64,000 nucleotides of DNA, taken from NCBI GenBank assembly GCA_002328835.1, contig DCWN01000044.1:60590-124589 (forward strand), given 5' to 3'. Source of the stretch: Acidobacteria bacterium UBA2161 (lineage in GTDB: Bacteria; Acidobacteriota; Vicinamibacteria; Vicinamibacterales; UBA823). The translations under genes were made by a program, and so were the position numbers. Position 1 is the first letter of the stretch. Each line of letters starts with the position of its first letter. The notes below the pieces were generated by a model, which saw only the letters and a program-made list of their open reading frames with translations, was not told where the DNA came from and ran no database searches. Below are positions 10,487 through 19,532 of the stretch, one piece after another.

Positions 10487-11979
10487 TGCGAGTCCGACCG
10501 CCTGTCGTCGTTCTCGTCGGGACGTTGGTCGCGGTCGCGACGGGCGGCGCCTGGGCGCAGGCCGGCGGCCAGCAGACCCAATCGATTACCGGCGCCGAGG
10601 TCAAGGGCCTAGCGCCGGTGTCGGACGAGATCCTCCAGGTCGAGCTGCCGAAGGCCGAGGAAGCCGTGCTCGACAACGGCCTGCACCTGATGGTCCTCGA
10701 GGATCGACGGGTGCCGACGGTCTCATTCCAGGTGATCCTGATCGGTGCCGGTGGCTACTACGACCCGCCGGATCACGCCGGGCTCGCGGGCTTTACCGCT
10801 TCGCTGCTGCGCGAAGGCACGACCACGCGGTCGTCGGTCGAGATCGCCGAGGCCCTCGAGACGCTCGCGTCGCGCTTGAACGCGTCGACCGACATGTCAC
10901 TCCAGGCCGCGAGCCTGAACGGCTCGAGTCTGACCGAGCACTTGGACGAGACGATGGCGCTGGCGGCGGACGTGCTGCTGCATCCATCGTTTCCCGAGGA
11001 GGAATTGGCGCTGTTCAAGGACCGCGAGCGGGCCGGTCTGATCCAGGAACGGACCCGGCCGGGCTTCCTGGCCGTCGAGCGGCTGGCCAAGGTGATCTAT
11101 GGCGAGCATCCGGCCGGCCGGGTCTCGCCGACGCCGGAGTCGCTCGACAAGACCACGCGCGAGGACCTGCGCGCGTTTCACCAGGCCTACTACGTGCCCG
11201 ATCACGCGGTTGTCGCCCTGGCGGGTGACATCTCGATGGCCGACGCGCGGGTGGCCGTCGAACGGCACTTCGGCGACTGGGCGAACACCGGCACCCCACA
11301 GCCCACCGTGGAGGATCCTCCGCCGATCGCTGCGGCGCGGGTCTACCTGATCAACCGCGACGCCTCGGTGCAGACCAACCTCGTGGTGGGGACGCAGGCG
11401 ATCAACCGGACGAGCAGTGACTATGACGTGCTCACCGTGATGAACCAGATCATCGGCGGCGGCGCGACCGGGCGACTGTTCCTGAACCTGCGCGAGGACA
11501 AGGGGTACACCTACGGCGCCTACAGCTCCTTCACGGCGTTGCGCTATCGCGGCGACTGGGACGCGTCGACCGAGGTCAGGACCGAGGTGACCGGCGACGC
11601 GTTGGCGGAGCTGCTGCGCGAACTGGAGCGGATTCGCGACGAACCGGTGCCGAACCAGGAGTTCCAGGACGCGAAGCGCAACATCGTCGCCGGCTTTGCG
11701 CTCTCGCTCGAGTCGCCCGGCACGCTGCTGGGGAGCTCGGTGGTCCGACATCTCTACGACCTGCCCGACGACCACTGGGATCGCTATCCCGAGCGGATCA
11801 TGGCGGTGACGCGCGAGCAGGTGCAGACGGTCGCCGCGCGATACCTCGACGCCGAACGGCTGCACATCGTGGCCGTCGGCGACGGCGCGCAGATCACCGA
11901 CGCCTTGACGTCGTTCGGCGCGGTCGATGTCTACGACGACCAGGGTACGCTGATCGAAACGCGCGGCGCCGGCCAGTGA
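10486..11979 (+). CDS. M16 peptidase non-catalytic partner subunit, exported
   Basis: TGATG overlap with the upstream gene; lacks HxxEH; carries the NLREDKGYTY R/Y substrate-binding pair. Confidence 0.88.
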   Translation: MRVRPPVVVLVGTLVAVATGGAWAQAGGQQTQSITGAEVKGLAPVSDEILQVELPKAEEAVLDNGLHLMVLEDRRVPTVSFQVILIGAGGYYDPPDHAGLAGFTASLLREGTTTRSSVEIAEALETLASRLNASTDMSLQAASLNGSSLTEHLDETMALAADVLLHPSFPEEELALFKDRERAGLIQERTRPGFLAVERLAKVIYGEHPAGRVSPTPESLDKTTREDLRAFHQAYYVPDHAVVALAGDISMADARVAVERHFGDWANTGTPQPTVEDPPPIAAARVYLINRDASVQTNLVVGTQAINRTSSDYDVLTVMNQIIGGGATGRLFLNLREDKGYTYGAYSSFTALRYRGDWDASTEVRTEVTGDALAELLRELERIRDEPVPNQEFQDAKRNIVAGFALSLESPGTLLGSSVVRHLYDLPDDHWDRYPERIMAVTREQVQTVAARYLDAERLHIVAVGDGAQITDALTSFGAVDVYDDQGTLIETRGAGQ

Positions 11980-11982
11980 GGG

Positions 11983-13017
11983 ATGGCGACCGAGAACCCA
12001 GCGTCGTTCCTGGACCCCGCCCTGGACCGCACATCGATCGCGCCTGAGGGAGCGGTCGATCGGGACCAGCTGGTCACGTGGTACCGGACGATGCGCCTGG
12101 CGCGCACCTGCGACGAGAAGCTCGGCGCGCTCTACCGCCAGGGCAAGATCGTCGGGGCGGTCTATCTCGCCGTCGGCCAGGAGGCGATCTGCACCGGCGT
12201 CGTCAGCCTGCTCCAGCCTGACGACTACTTCTCGACGGTCGCGCGCGGCCTGGCCGGCTGGTTCCTCCGCGGCGTCGAACCCAGGCACGTCATTGCCCGG
12301 TGGCTGGGCCGCGACGTCCCGCCGTCGCACGGACGAGAACTCGGCCTGTTCCTGGCCGACATCGAACACCACGGCATCGCGCCGTACCACAACGGGTCGA
12401 TGGCGTCGTGGATCCCTTCCGGTGCCGGGTTCGCGCTGGCGTTCAAGGTCCGGAAGCAGCCGCGCGTGTACGTCGCCTTCACCGGGGATGGCGCCACGAG
12501 CCCGGGCGATTTCTACGAGGGCCTGAACTTCGCGGCGATCCACAAGCTGCCGCTCGTCGTCATCGTCGAAAACAACTGCTTCGCGTATTCGACGGGCAAC
12601 GCCGCGCAGATGCCGGTCGAGAACGTCGCCGACCGAGCGCCGGCGTTCAACATCCCGGCGGACGTCGCGTTCGGCAACGACATTTTCGAAGTGCGACGAG
12701 TGGCCAAGCGGGCGATCGACCATGCCCGTGCCGGCAAGGGCCCGTACCTCGTCGAGTTCAAGACGTTCCGCACCCGTGGGCACGGCGAGCACGACGACAT
12801 GGGCTACGTCGATGCGGGTCTGCGCGAGTTCTGGGAGCGGCGCGATCCGCTCCGGTTGTTCAGCGAGTACCTGGCCGGGGCGGGCGGGCTCGGCGAGGCG
12901 GCGGTCAGGGCGATCGACGACGAATGCGCCGCCTCGATCGAAGAGGCCGTGGCCTGGGCCGAGGCGCAGCCGGCACCGGCGCCCGAGACCGTGACCGACC
13001 GGCTGTTCGCTCCGTGA
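11983..13017 (+). CDS. 2-oxoacid dehydrogenase E1 alpha subunit (TPP-dependent)
   Basis: GDGAT...ENN TPP motif, GQEA, RTRGH. Confidence 0.92.
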   Translation: MATENPASFLDPALDRTSIAPEGAVDRDQLVTWYRTMRLARTCDEKLGALYRQGKIVGAVYLAVGQEAICTGVVSLLQPDDYFSTVARGLAGWFLRGVEPRHVIARWLGRDVPPSHGRELGLFLADIEHHGIAPYHNGSMASWIPSGAGFALAFKVRKQPRVYVAFTGDGATSPGDFYEGLNFAAIHKLPLVVIVENNCFAYSTGNAAQMPVENVADRAPAFNIPADVAFGNDIFEVRRVAKRAIDHARAGKGPYLVEFKTFRTRGHGEHDDMGYVDAGLREFWERRDPLRLFSEYLAGAGGLGEAAVRAIDDECAASIEEAVAWAEAQPAPAPETVTDRLFAP

Positions 13018-13031
13018 TCTGAACCCGATTC

Positions 13032-14006
13032 ATGGCGGTCATCACCTACCTCGACGCGATCAGTCAGGCGCTCCGCGACGAAATGCGGCGCGACGAGAAC
13101 GTGATCGTCCTCGGTGAGGACATCGCGGTCTTCGGCGGAGCGTTCAAGGTCACACGCGGGTTTCTGGAGGAGTTCGGCGCGGACCGGATCATCGACACGC
13201 CGATCAGCGAGAGCGGATTCACCGGCGCCGCGTGCGGTGCGGCCGTCGAGGGACTGCGGCCGGTGGTCGAGTTCCAGTTCGCCGACTTCATCGCGTGCGC
13301 GTTCGACCAGATCGTCAACTACGCCGCCAAGAACTACTACCGCTGGGGGATCCCGATGCCGGTCGTCTTTCGGGGCCCGTCGGGCGGCGGCTTCCGGGGC
13401 GGGCCGTATCACTCGCAGAATCCGGAGGCCTGGTTCACCCACGTGCCGGGCCTGAAGGTGGTGCAGCCCTCGACGCCCTACGACGCCAAGGGGTTGCTGG
13501 TGGCGGCGATCCGCGACAACAATCCGGTCGTCTACCTCGAGCACAAGCACCTCTACCGGCGGATCAAGGAGGAGGTGCCGGAGGACGACTACGTCGTCCC
13601 GATCGGCGTGGCGGACGTGAAGCGACCCGGCACCGACCTGACGATCGTCACCTACGGCGCGACGGTGCACGAGTCGCTGGCCGTGGCCGAGCGACTGTCG
13701 CGAGAGGGCGCCGAGTGCGAGGTGGTCGACCTCCGGAGCCTGAGCCCGCTCGACCGCGACGCGTTCTTGACGAGCGTCAGGAAGACTGCCCGGGCGCTGG
13801 TCGTGCACGAAGCGCACCTGACCGGTGGCTTCGGCGGTGAGGTGGCCGCGATCATCGCCGAGGAGGCATTCGACGTCCTTGATGCGCCGGTCACCCGCGT
13901 GGCCGCGCTGGATGTGCCATCGCCGTTCGCGGCGCCGCTCGAAGATGCGATGCTGCCGACCGAGGAGAAGATCTACACGGCCGCGAGGGACGTCTTGGAG
14001 TATTGA
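13032..14006 (+). CDS. 2-oxoacid dehydrogenase E1 beta subunit
   Basis: GEDI, DTPISE, EFQFADF, HSQ and EHK motifs. Confidence 0.95.
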   Translation: MAVITYLDAISQALRDEMRRDENVIVLGEDIAVFGGAFKVTRGFLEEFGADRIIDTPISESGFTGAACGAAVEGLRPVVEFQFADFIACAFDQIVNYAAKNYYRWGIPMPVVFRGPSGGGFRGGPYHSQNPEAWFTHVPGLKVVQPSTPYDAKGLLVAAIRDNNPVVYLEHKHLYRRIKEEVPEDDYVVPIGVADVKRPGTDLTIVTYGATVHESLAVAERLSREGAECEVVDLRSLSPLDRDAFLTSVRKTARALVVHEAHLTGGFGGEVAAIIAEEAFDVLDAPVTRVAALDVPSPFAAPLEDAMLPTEEKIYTAARDVLEY

Positions 14007-14044
14007 TGAACACGCGGAGAGGGAAGAACTGTTCGCTGCAGGAC

Positions 14045-14132
14045 ACGGCGCGCACGGCGAGCCGCGCGGGCGCGGAGTGGGGCGCTCGGGGTCCCCGCGG
14101 AGCGTCCGCGGGGGTTCGGGGCGCAGCCCCGA
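14045..14132 (+). repeat. Intergenic REP-like element, family 1, copy A
   Basis: ACGGCGCGCACGGCG...GGGGCGCTCGGGGTCCCCGCGGAG...TTCGGGGCGCAGCCCCGA; homologous to 25531 and 45722. Confidence 0.85.
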
Positions 14133-14139
14133 GGTGAAG

Positions 14140-15489
14140 ATGACCAGAGTCGTCATGCCCCAGATGGGGGAATCGATCGCCGAGGGGACGATCGTCAAGT
14201 GGCTGAAGCAGGCCGGCGAGGCTGTCGCGCGCGACGAGCCGCTCTTCGAGATCACGACCGACAAGGTCGATACCGAGGTGCCCGCGCCGGCGGCCGGGAC
14301 GTTGTCCGAGATCTTGGTGAAGGAAGGCGAAACCGTCGACATCGGCACGGCGGTCGCGACGATCGCCGAGGCCGGCGAGCCCGCGTCGTCGAAACCAGAA
14401 CCGCCGGTCGCTTCGTCTACGATCGAGCCTGCTCCGGCCACCGTGCCCACACCGGAGACGAGCGATGCGCCGGGCGGACACTTCCGCACAAACCAGCCGA
14501 CCAAGACGGTGTCGTTCAGGCGGGAGGCCAAGGCTGGCACCGCCGCCGAGAGCGGGTCCCCGAGGTTCAGTCCGGCCGTACGGGCAGCCGCACGACAGGC
14601 CGGCGTCTCCCTGGAGACGTTGGCGGGCCTCACCGGTTCGGGCCGCGGCGGACGCGTCACGAAGCGCGACGTCGAACGCCATCTGGCCGCGCGCGATGCC
14701 GGCGCGGCGAGCGCAACGAGTACGTCGCCTGCTGCGGACAGCGGCACGCCGCCGGCGGCCTACCTTTACCAACCGAAGTCGGGCGACGAACGAGTGGAAT
14801 TGTCGACCGTCCGGAAGCGGATCGCCGACCACATGACCTGGTCGACCCGGATCAGCCCGCACGCGACGGCGATCGCCGAGTGCGACATGTCGAACGCCGC
14901 AGCCCTGGTCGAGACGGCCGGTGCGCGGTTCGAGGCCAGCGTCGGAGCGCCGCTCACCTACACCGCGCTGGTCGCTCAGGCCACGGTCAAGGCACTGGGC
15001 GAGTTCAGGACGCTCAACGCATCGGTGATCGGCGACGAACTCATCCTGAAGCCGGCGGTGCACCTGGGTGTCGCCGTGGCGCTGCCCGATTCGGGCGATC
15101 TGATCGTGCCGGTAATCAAGGAGGCCGACGGCCTGTCACTGGCCGGCTTCGCCAAGGCGATCAAGGACCTGGCGGTCCGCGCGCGCGCGCGCCGGCTGAC
15201 ACCGGATGACGTGCAAGGCGGAACGTTCACCCTGACGAACCCGGGGATTTTCGGTGGCCTGACGGGGACGCCGATCCTGAATCAGCCCGAAGTGGGAATC
15301 CTCGGCCTCGGCGCGGTGACGAAACGGCCGGTCGTCGTCGATGACGCGATCGCGATCCGGCCGATCATGCTGATGTCGCTCACGTTCGACCACCGCGCCG
15401 CCGACGGCATGGTCGCCTTCCAGTACCTCGCCCGCGTCCGCGAGCAGCTCGAAGCGTTGCCGACCGATCTGGACACGTCGAAGATCTGA
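14140..15489 (+). CDS. Dihydrolipoamide acyltransferase E2 with one lipoyl domain
   Basis: MPQMGESIAEG and TDKV lipoyl lysine, E3-binding GSGRGGRVTKRD, catalytic DHRAADG. Confidence 0.93.
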   Translation: MTRVVMPQMGESIAEGTIVKWLKQAGEAVARDEPLFEITTDKVDTEVPAPAAGTLSEILVKEGETVDIGTAVATIAEAGEPASSKPEPPVASSTIEPAPATVPTPETSDAPGGHFRTNQPTKTVSFRREAKAGTAAESGSPRFSPAVRAAARQAGVSLETLAGLTGSGRGGRVTKRDVERHLAARDAGAASATSTSPAADSGTPPAAYLYQPKSGDERVELSTVRKRIADHMTWSTRISPHATAIAECDMSNAAALVETAGARFEASVGAPLTYTALVAQATVKALGEFRTLNASVIGDELILKPAVHLGVAVALPDSGDLIVPVIKEADGLSLAGFAKAIKDLAVRARARRLTPDDVQGGTFTLTNPGIFGGLTGTPILNQPEVGILGLGAVTKRPVVVDDAIAIRPIMLMSLTFDHRAADGMVAFQYLARVREQLEALPTDLDTSKI

Positions 15490-15699
15490 TTCACAGCGCG
15501 GGACTGGGCATTGCGCCGCCGATCCCGTCGGCGGCCGTCGAACAGGCGAACTGGATGGCTCCCAACGTGTGAGCCATTGATTGACCGGTCAGGCATTCCC
15601 GAAGTCCGGTCCGTCGGTCGAGCGCTCGGGCGGCCGCCTCCCTAGAAAGGGATCGACTACCGCAACGCCCAGCCCCGCGCACGATCGAGCGCTTTCCTC

Positions 15700-16161
15700 C
15701 TACATTCCCGGCAGGATCGGTCGCGCGACCGTCGACCAGGGCCAGGGCGTGCCGACGAGGATCACCAGGATCGCGATCCCGAAGAAGATCAGGCCGGCGC
15801 GATGCTTCGCCTTCGGCTGGGTACCCTTCCGGACGCGCGCGACGCCGATGTGCGCCAGCGCCAGCGCGGCGACCATCATCGTCGAGTGTTCCACGAGCCA
15901 GAACCGTATCACGGGATTGCTCATTGCACTGCCCATGTTCTCGAACGCCGATGTCGTGATCCTACTGAAGAAGAGATACATCATGATGCCCAGCAGCATC
16001 TGGACGTCGAGCGAGATCGCGAAGAACCGGCCGATCTTTCCGTCGGCCTCTTCGAAGCGGCCTGAAGAGAGACCGGCGAACGCGCGATAAACCGCCATCG
16101 CGCCGAGACCGATCGCGGCCCAGCGGACAAGGTTGTGCAGGATCAAGGTCAGCGTCAGCAT
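15700..16161 (-). CDS. Four-TM hypothetical membrane protein (possible heme-b protein)
   Basis: HNLVRW, LDVQMLLG, FWLVEH and LAHIG; four hydrophobic segments; TATCCT-6nt-ATG. Confidence 0.75.
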   Translation of the reverse strand: MLTLTLILHNLVRWAAIGLGAMAVYRAFAGLSSGRFEEADGKIGRFFAISLDVQMLLGIMMYLFFSRITTSAFENMGSAMSNPVIRFWLVEHSTMMVAALALAHIGVARVRKGTQPKAKHRAGLIFFGIAILVILVGTPWPWSTVARPILPGM

Positions 16162-16202
16162 CGGCCAAGGATACAGGAGTCGCGGAGGTCAGCCGTCAGG
16201 CG

Positions 16203-17372
16203 TCACTCTTCAATGGCTCGGACGAAGCGGTCGGCCAGCTCGGCCGCCGTCGTCCGGCCCCACGATTCGTTGACACCCAGCCGGAAGCCCGACCCGTCGC
16301 CGAGTGGTCCCGGCAGCCGCACGTTCTGGCGCGCGAGCCGGTCGCGGACGCCGTTCAGGTCGGGGTGCCGCACCTTCAGCAGGAAGAGGTTCGTGCCCGA
16401 CGGAATCGACTCGACGGTGAACGCCTCGTGTTCGTCGACCAGCTGCCGCCACTCGTTCGAGACCGCGACGGCCTTCGCGTAGCGCTCCGGGAAGCCGCGG
16501 AAGTAGTGCATCGCGACCGCGGCGTAGGGCCAGACCTGCGCCAGGCCGCCGCCGAACATCCGCCGCGTATGGAACATGTCGTCCAACAGCGCGCGCGGAC
16601 CGGCCAGGATCGCGCCCGACGGCGCGTTGAAGTACTTGTAGAGCGAGACGTAGACGGTGTCGAAACCGCGGGCGTAGTCGGCGACGGGCCGTCCGGAAAA
16701 CCCGGCCTGGAGGAAGATCCGGGCGCCGTCGAGGTGGGTCCCGATCCCCTCGGTACGCGCGAACGCGGTGATCCGATCCAGCTCGGCCTCGTCGAACGCC
16801 TCGCCCGACTTCCTCCGGACCGGCGATTCGATCGAGATCGTCGAGATGCGCCGGGCGACCCGGCCGCCCGCTGTTCGCTCGAGTAGCGCCTGGACGTCGT
16901 CGAGCGTGAAGGTCGCCCGGCCCGGCGCCAGCGGCACCAGCTGGACGTTGCTCAGCTCCAGCGTGTCGCCGGTGTCGTTATAGAGGTGGCTCTCGGCCTG
17001 GACGATCGCCCGGCTCGCACCATTCGCGAGCGCGCGCACGGCCAGGTGGTTGGCCAGCGTGCCGGTCGGCATGAAGACGGCGCGTTCCTTACCGAGGAGT
17101 TCGGCGAATGCGTGTTCCAACTCTTCGACGACGCCGCCGTTCGAGTACGAGTCCCGCGCGATGCCCGGGTTCTCGGCGAGTCGCGCCAGCAAGCCGGCCG
17201 ACTCGGGGGGCGTCAGGCCGAGACCGTCGCCCGACATCGTGATCGTCTCCTCGGCTGGGCCCTGGACCGTCGCCGAAGACGCCGCCGCGATGTCTCCACC
17301 ATCAGCGGTGAAGCCGAGCGCGGCCGCCGTCGAGCCGAACTGCAGGAACCGTCGGCGATCGATCCTTGTCAT
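16203..17372 (-). CDS. Low-specificity threonine aldolase / beta-eliminating lyase family protein with Tat signal
   Basis: MPTGTLANH, HLDGAR and SLYKY PLP lysine; N-terminal DRRRFLQ; SD AAGGAG; TATAAT at 17432-17427. Confidence 0.85.
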   Translation of the reverse strand: MTRIDRRRFLQFGSTAAALGFTADGGDIAAASSATVQGPAEETITMSGDGLGLTPPESAGLLARLAENPGIARDSYSNGGVVEELEHAFAELLGKERAVFMPTGTLANHLAVRALANGASRAIVQAESHLYNDTGDTLELSNVQLVPLAPGRATFTLDDVQALLERTAGGRVARRISTISIESPVRRKSGEAFDEAELDRITAFARTEGIGTHLDGARIFLQAGFSGRPVADYARGFDTVYVSLYKYFNAPSGAILAGPRALLDDMFHTRRMFGGGLAQVWPYAAVAMHYFRGFPERYAKAVAVSNEWRQLVDEHEAFTVESIPSGTNLFLLKVRHPDLNGVRDRLARQNVRLPGPLGDGSGFRLGVNESWGRTTAAELADRFVRAIEE

Positions 17373-17467
17373 GAACTGCTCCTTCGTTGCCGGAGGGTGA
17401 CGACCTGCGCCGTGCGGGAGACGCCGATTATACCGGACCGAGCGCGTCACCGGACTATCATGCACCG

Positions 17468-18724
17468 ATGCCAGACTCCGGCCCGGCGACCAGCGCGCTC
17501 GAACGGTTCCTGCGCTACGTGACGATCGACACGCAGGCCGACGAGCAGTCGGCGACCTACCCGAGCACGCCCGGGCAGCTCGTTCTGTTGAATCAATTGG
17601 GGGAGGAACTGCAGGCGATCGGCGTCGTCGACGCGTCGATCGACGCGCACGGCTACGTCATAGCGACGATCCCGGCGACGACTCTCAAGCCGAATGTCCC
17701 GGTCATCGGCTTCCTCGCCCACGTCGACACGTCGCCCGACATGCCCGGCAGGGGCGTGAAGCCGATCGTGCACGAGAACTACGACGGCTCGGACATCAAC
17801 TTGCCAGACGATCCATCGGCGGTGCTACGAGCGGCGGAGAACCCGGCGCTGGACCCCCGGATCGGCGACGACATCGTGACGGCGTCCGGGACGACCTTGC
17901 TCGGCGCCGACGACAAGGCCGGCGTCGCAGAGATCATGGCCGCGGCGGAATACCTGATGGCGCACCCCGAGATCCGGCACGGCGCGATCCGGATCGGCTT
18001 CACGCCCGACGAGGAAGTGGGGCGCGGCACGGAGCACTTCGACGTCGCGAAGTTCGGCGCGACCTGTGCCTACACGCTCGACGGCGGCAGCCGGGGCGAG
18101 CTGGAGCTGGAGAGCTTCTCGGCCGACAGCATGACGGTCACCTTTCAGGGGTTCAACACGCATCCCGGCTACGCCAAGGGGCGAATGGTGAATGCGATCA
18201 AGCTCGCATCCGATTTCATCATGCGCCTGCCGGCCGACGTGTTGTCGCCCGAGACGACGGCCGGCCGTGAGGGCTACGTGCATCCGCTGCAGGTCGACGC
18301 CTCGGTCGACCGGACGACAGTCACGCTGCTCCTTCGGGATTTCGAGACGGAGAAGCTCGTGGATCAGGCCGAAATGATCGAGCGGCTGGCGCGCCAGACC
18401 GTGGAGGGTCACCGTGACGCGCGCGTCGAGGTCGCCGTCGCCGAGTCGTACCGGAACATGCGTGAGGTGCTCGACGGGCATCCGGAGGTCGTCGAGCGTG
18501 CGAAGGCGGCGATCCACCGGGCGGGCCTCGAGGTGTCGACGCAGCCGATCCGCGGCGGGACCGACGGATCGAAGCTGTCGTTCATGGGGCTGCCGACGCC
18601 AAACCTCTTTGCCGGAGAGCACAACTTCCACTCCCGCCTCGAATGGGTCTCGGCGCAGGACATGGACAAGGCCGTAGAGGTGATCGTCGAGCTTTGCCGG
18701 ATCTGGGAAGAGTCGGCGGAGTAG
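17468..18724 (+). CDS. pepT: Peptidase T (M20B tripeptidase)
   Basis: ERFLRYV, AHVDTS, LGADDKAG, FTPDEE, HPGYAKG, IRGGTDG, NFH. Confidence 0.95.
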   Translation: MPDSGPATSALERFLRYVTIDTQADEQSATYPSTPGQLVLLNQLGEELQAIGVVDASIDAHGYVIATIPATTLKPNVPVIGFLAHVDTSPDMPGRGVKPIVHENYDGSDINLPDDPSAVLRAAENPALDPRIGDDIVTASGTTLLGADDKAGVAEIMAAAEYLMAHPEIRHGAIRIGFTPDEEVGRGTEHFDVAKFGATCAYTLDGGSRGELELESFSADSMTVTFQGFNTHPGYAKGRMVNAIKLASDFIMRLPADVLSPETTAGREGYVHPLQVDASVDRTTVTLLLRDFETEKLVDQAEMIERLARQTVEGHRDARVEVAVAESYRNMREVLDGHPEVVERAKAAIHRAGLEVSTQPIRGGTDGSKLSFMGLPTPNLFAGEHNFHSRLEWVSAQDMDKAVEVIVELCRIWEESAE

Positions 18725-18760
18725 ATCAGGCGGTCTGCGTCAGGGCGCCGGAGTCTCGTC

Positions 18761-19153
18761 CTAGCTGGCCCAGAGCGTCTTGACCGGATACTTCTGGATG
18801 TTCTCGTCGGGCGTGACGATCGTGAGGTCGTGCTCGATTGCCTGAGCGATGAGCAGCCGGTCGAACGGATCGCCGTGGTGTGGCGGGAGCTTCGAGAGGT
18901 GGGCCAGCGCGCCCTCCTCGAGACCGAGGGGCGCGATCTGATGGCGCTCGCGCTGGCGGGGGATGTAGACGCCTGGCTCGTCGGGCAGGTCGAGCCGTTG
19001 CAGACGATGCTTCAGGAGGATTTCGCGGAGCGAGACGACGGAGAGCGCGACGTCATTCGTCGGCGTCCGGATCGCCTCGACGACCTGTTCGGGCAGGACC
19101 GCGCTTCCGGTGATGTACCAGAGGAACGGCGTCGTATCGAGCAGGAGGTTCAT
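18761..19153 (-). CDS. vapC: Type II TA toxin, PIN-domain VapC
   Basis: MNLLLDT...EI...HGDPFDRLLIAQA...TPD; ATGA overlap with the antitoxin gene. Confidence 0.9.
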   Translation of the reverse strand: MNLLLDTTPFLWYITGSAVLPEQVVEAIRTPTNDVALSVVSLREILLKHRLQRLDLPDEPGVYIPRQRERHQIAPLGLEEGALAHLSKLPPHHGDPFDRLLIAQAIEHDLTIVTPDENIQKYPVKTLWAS

Positions 19154-19389
19154 ACGGCGTCGCCTTCGGCGTAGGCGGACGCCGGGACCGGCCGGTCGAA
19201 ATCGGGCGGAACCCGGAAATCGTCGTTGCAAAGACCGGCCGGCCGAGGATTCTTGACGGGTCGCCTGAGTGGCCGCAGCTCGGCTACCGGAACGTTTCTC
19301 TTGGCCAAGAAGATAGTCTCTCCAGCCTCACATCTCTTCAAGTACTCGGAAAGCCTTGCTTTTGCTTCTGCAATATTGACTTTCAACAT
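19150..19389 (-). CDS. Type II TA antitoxin, Phd/YefM family
   Basis: VNIAEAKARLSEYL...GETI...KRNVPVAEL signature; directly upstream of the PIN toxin. Start 19389 or 19395. Confidence 0.88.
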   Translation of the reverse strand: MLKVNIAEAKARLSEYLKRCEAGETIFLAKRNVPVAELRPLRRPVKNPRPAGLCNDDFRVPPDFDRPVPASAYAEGDAV

Positions 19390-19395
19390 GAGCAT

Positions 19396-19424
19396 ATAGT
19401 TGACTATCTAGATGGTCATGTCAA
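19396..19424 (-). promoter_or_regulatory. TA promoter (TTGACA-17-AACTAT) with overlapping palindromic operator
   Basis: Minus-strand TTGACA at 19424-19419; near-palindrome TGACTATCTAGATGGTCA (19401-19418) fills the spacer. Confidence 0.65.
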
Positions 19425-19532
19425 GGCAAACGCCAACCGCCTGGGCCGGCTACGTCAAAGTGTGAAGTTGTGAGACAGGGTCTTGGAAGGGGCCTGGCTG
19501 TCTCCTCCCGCCAGGCCCACATTCTTACCCGC

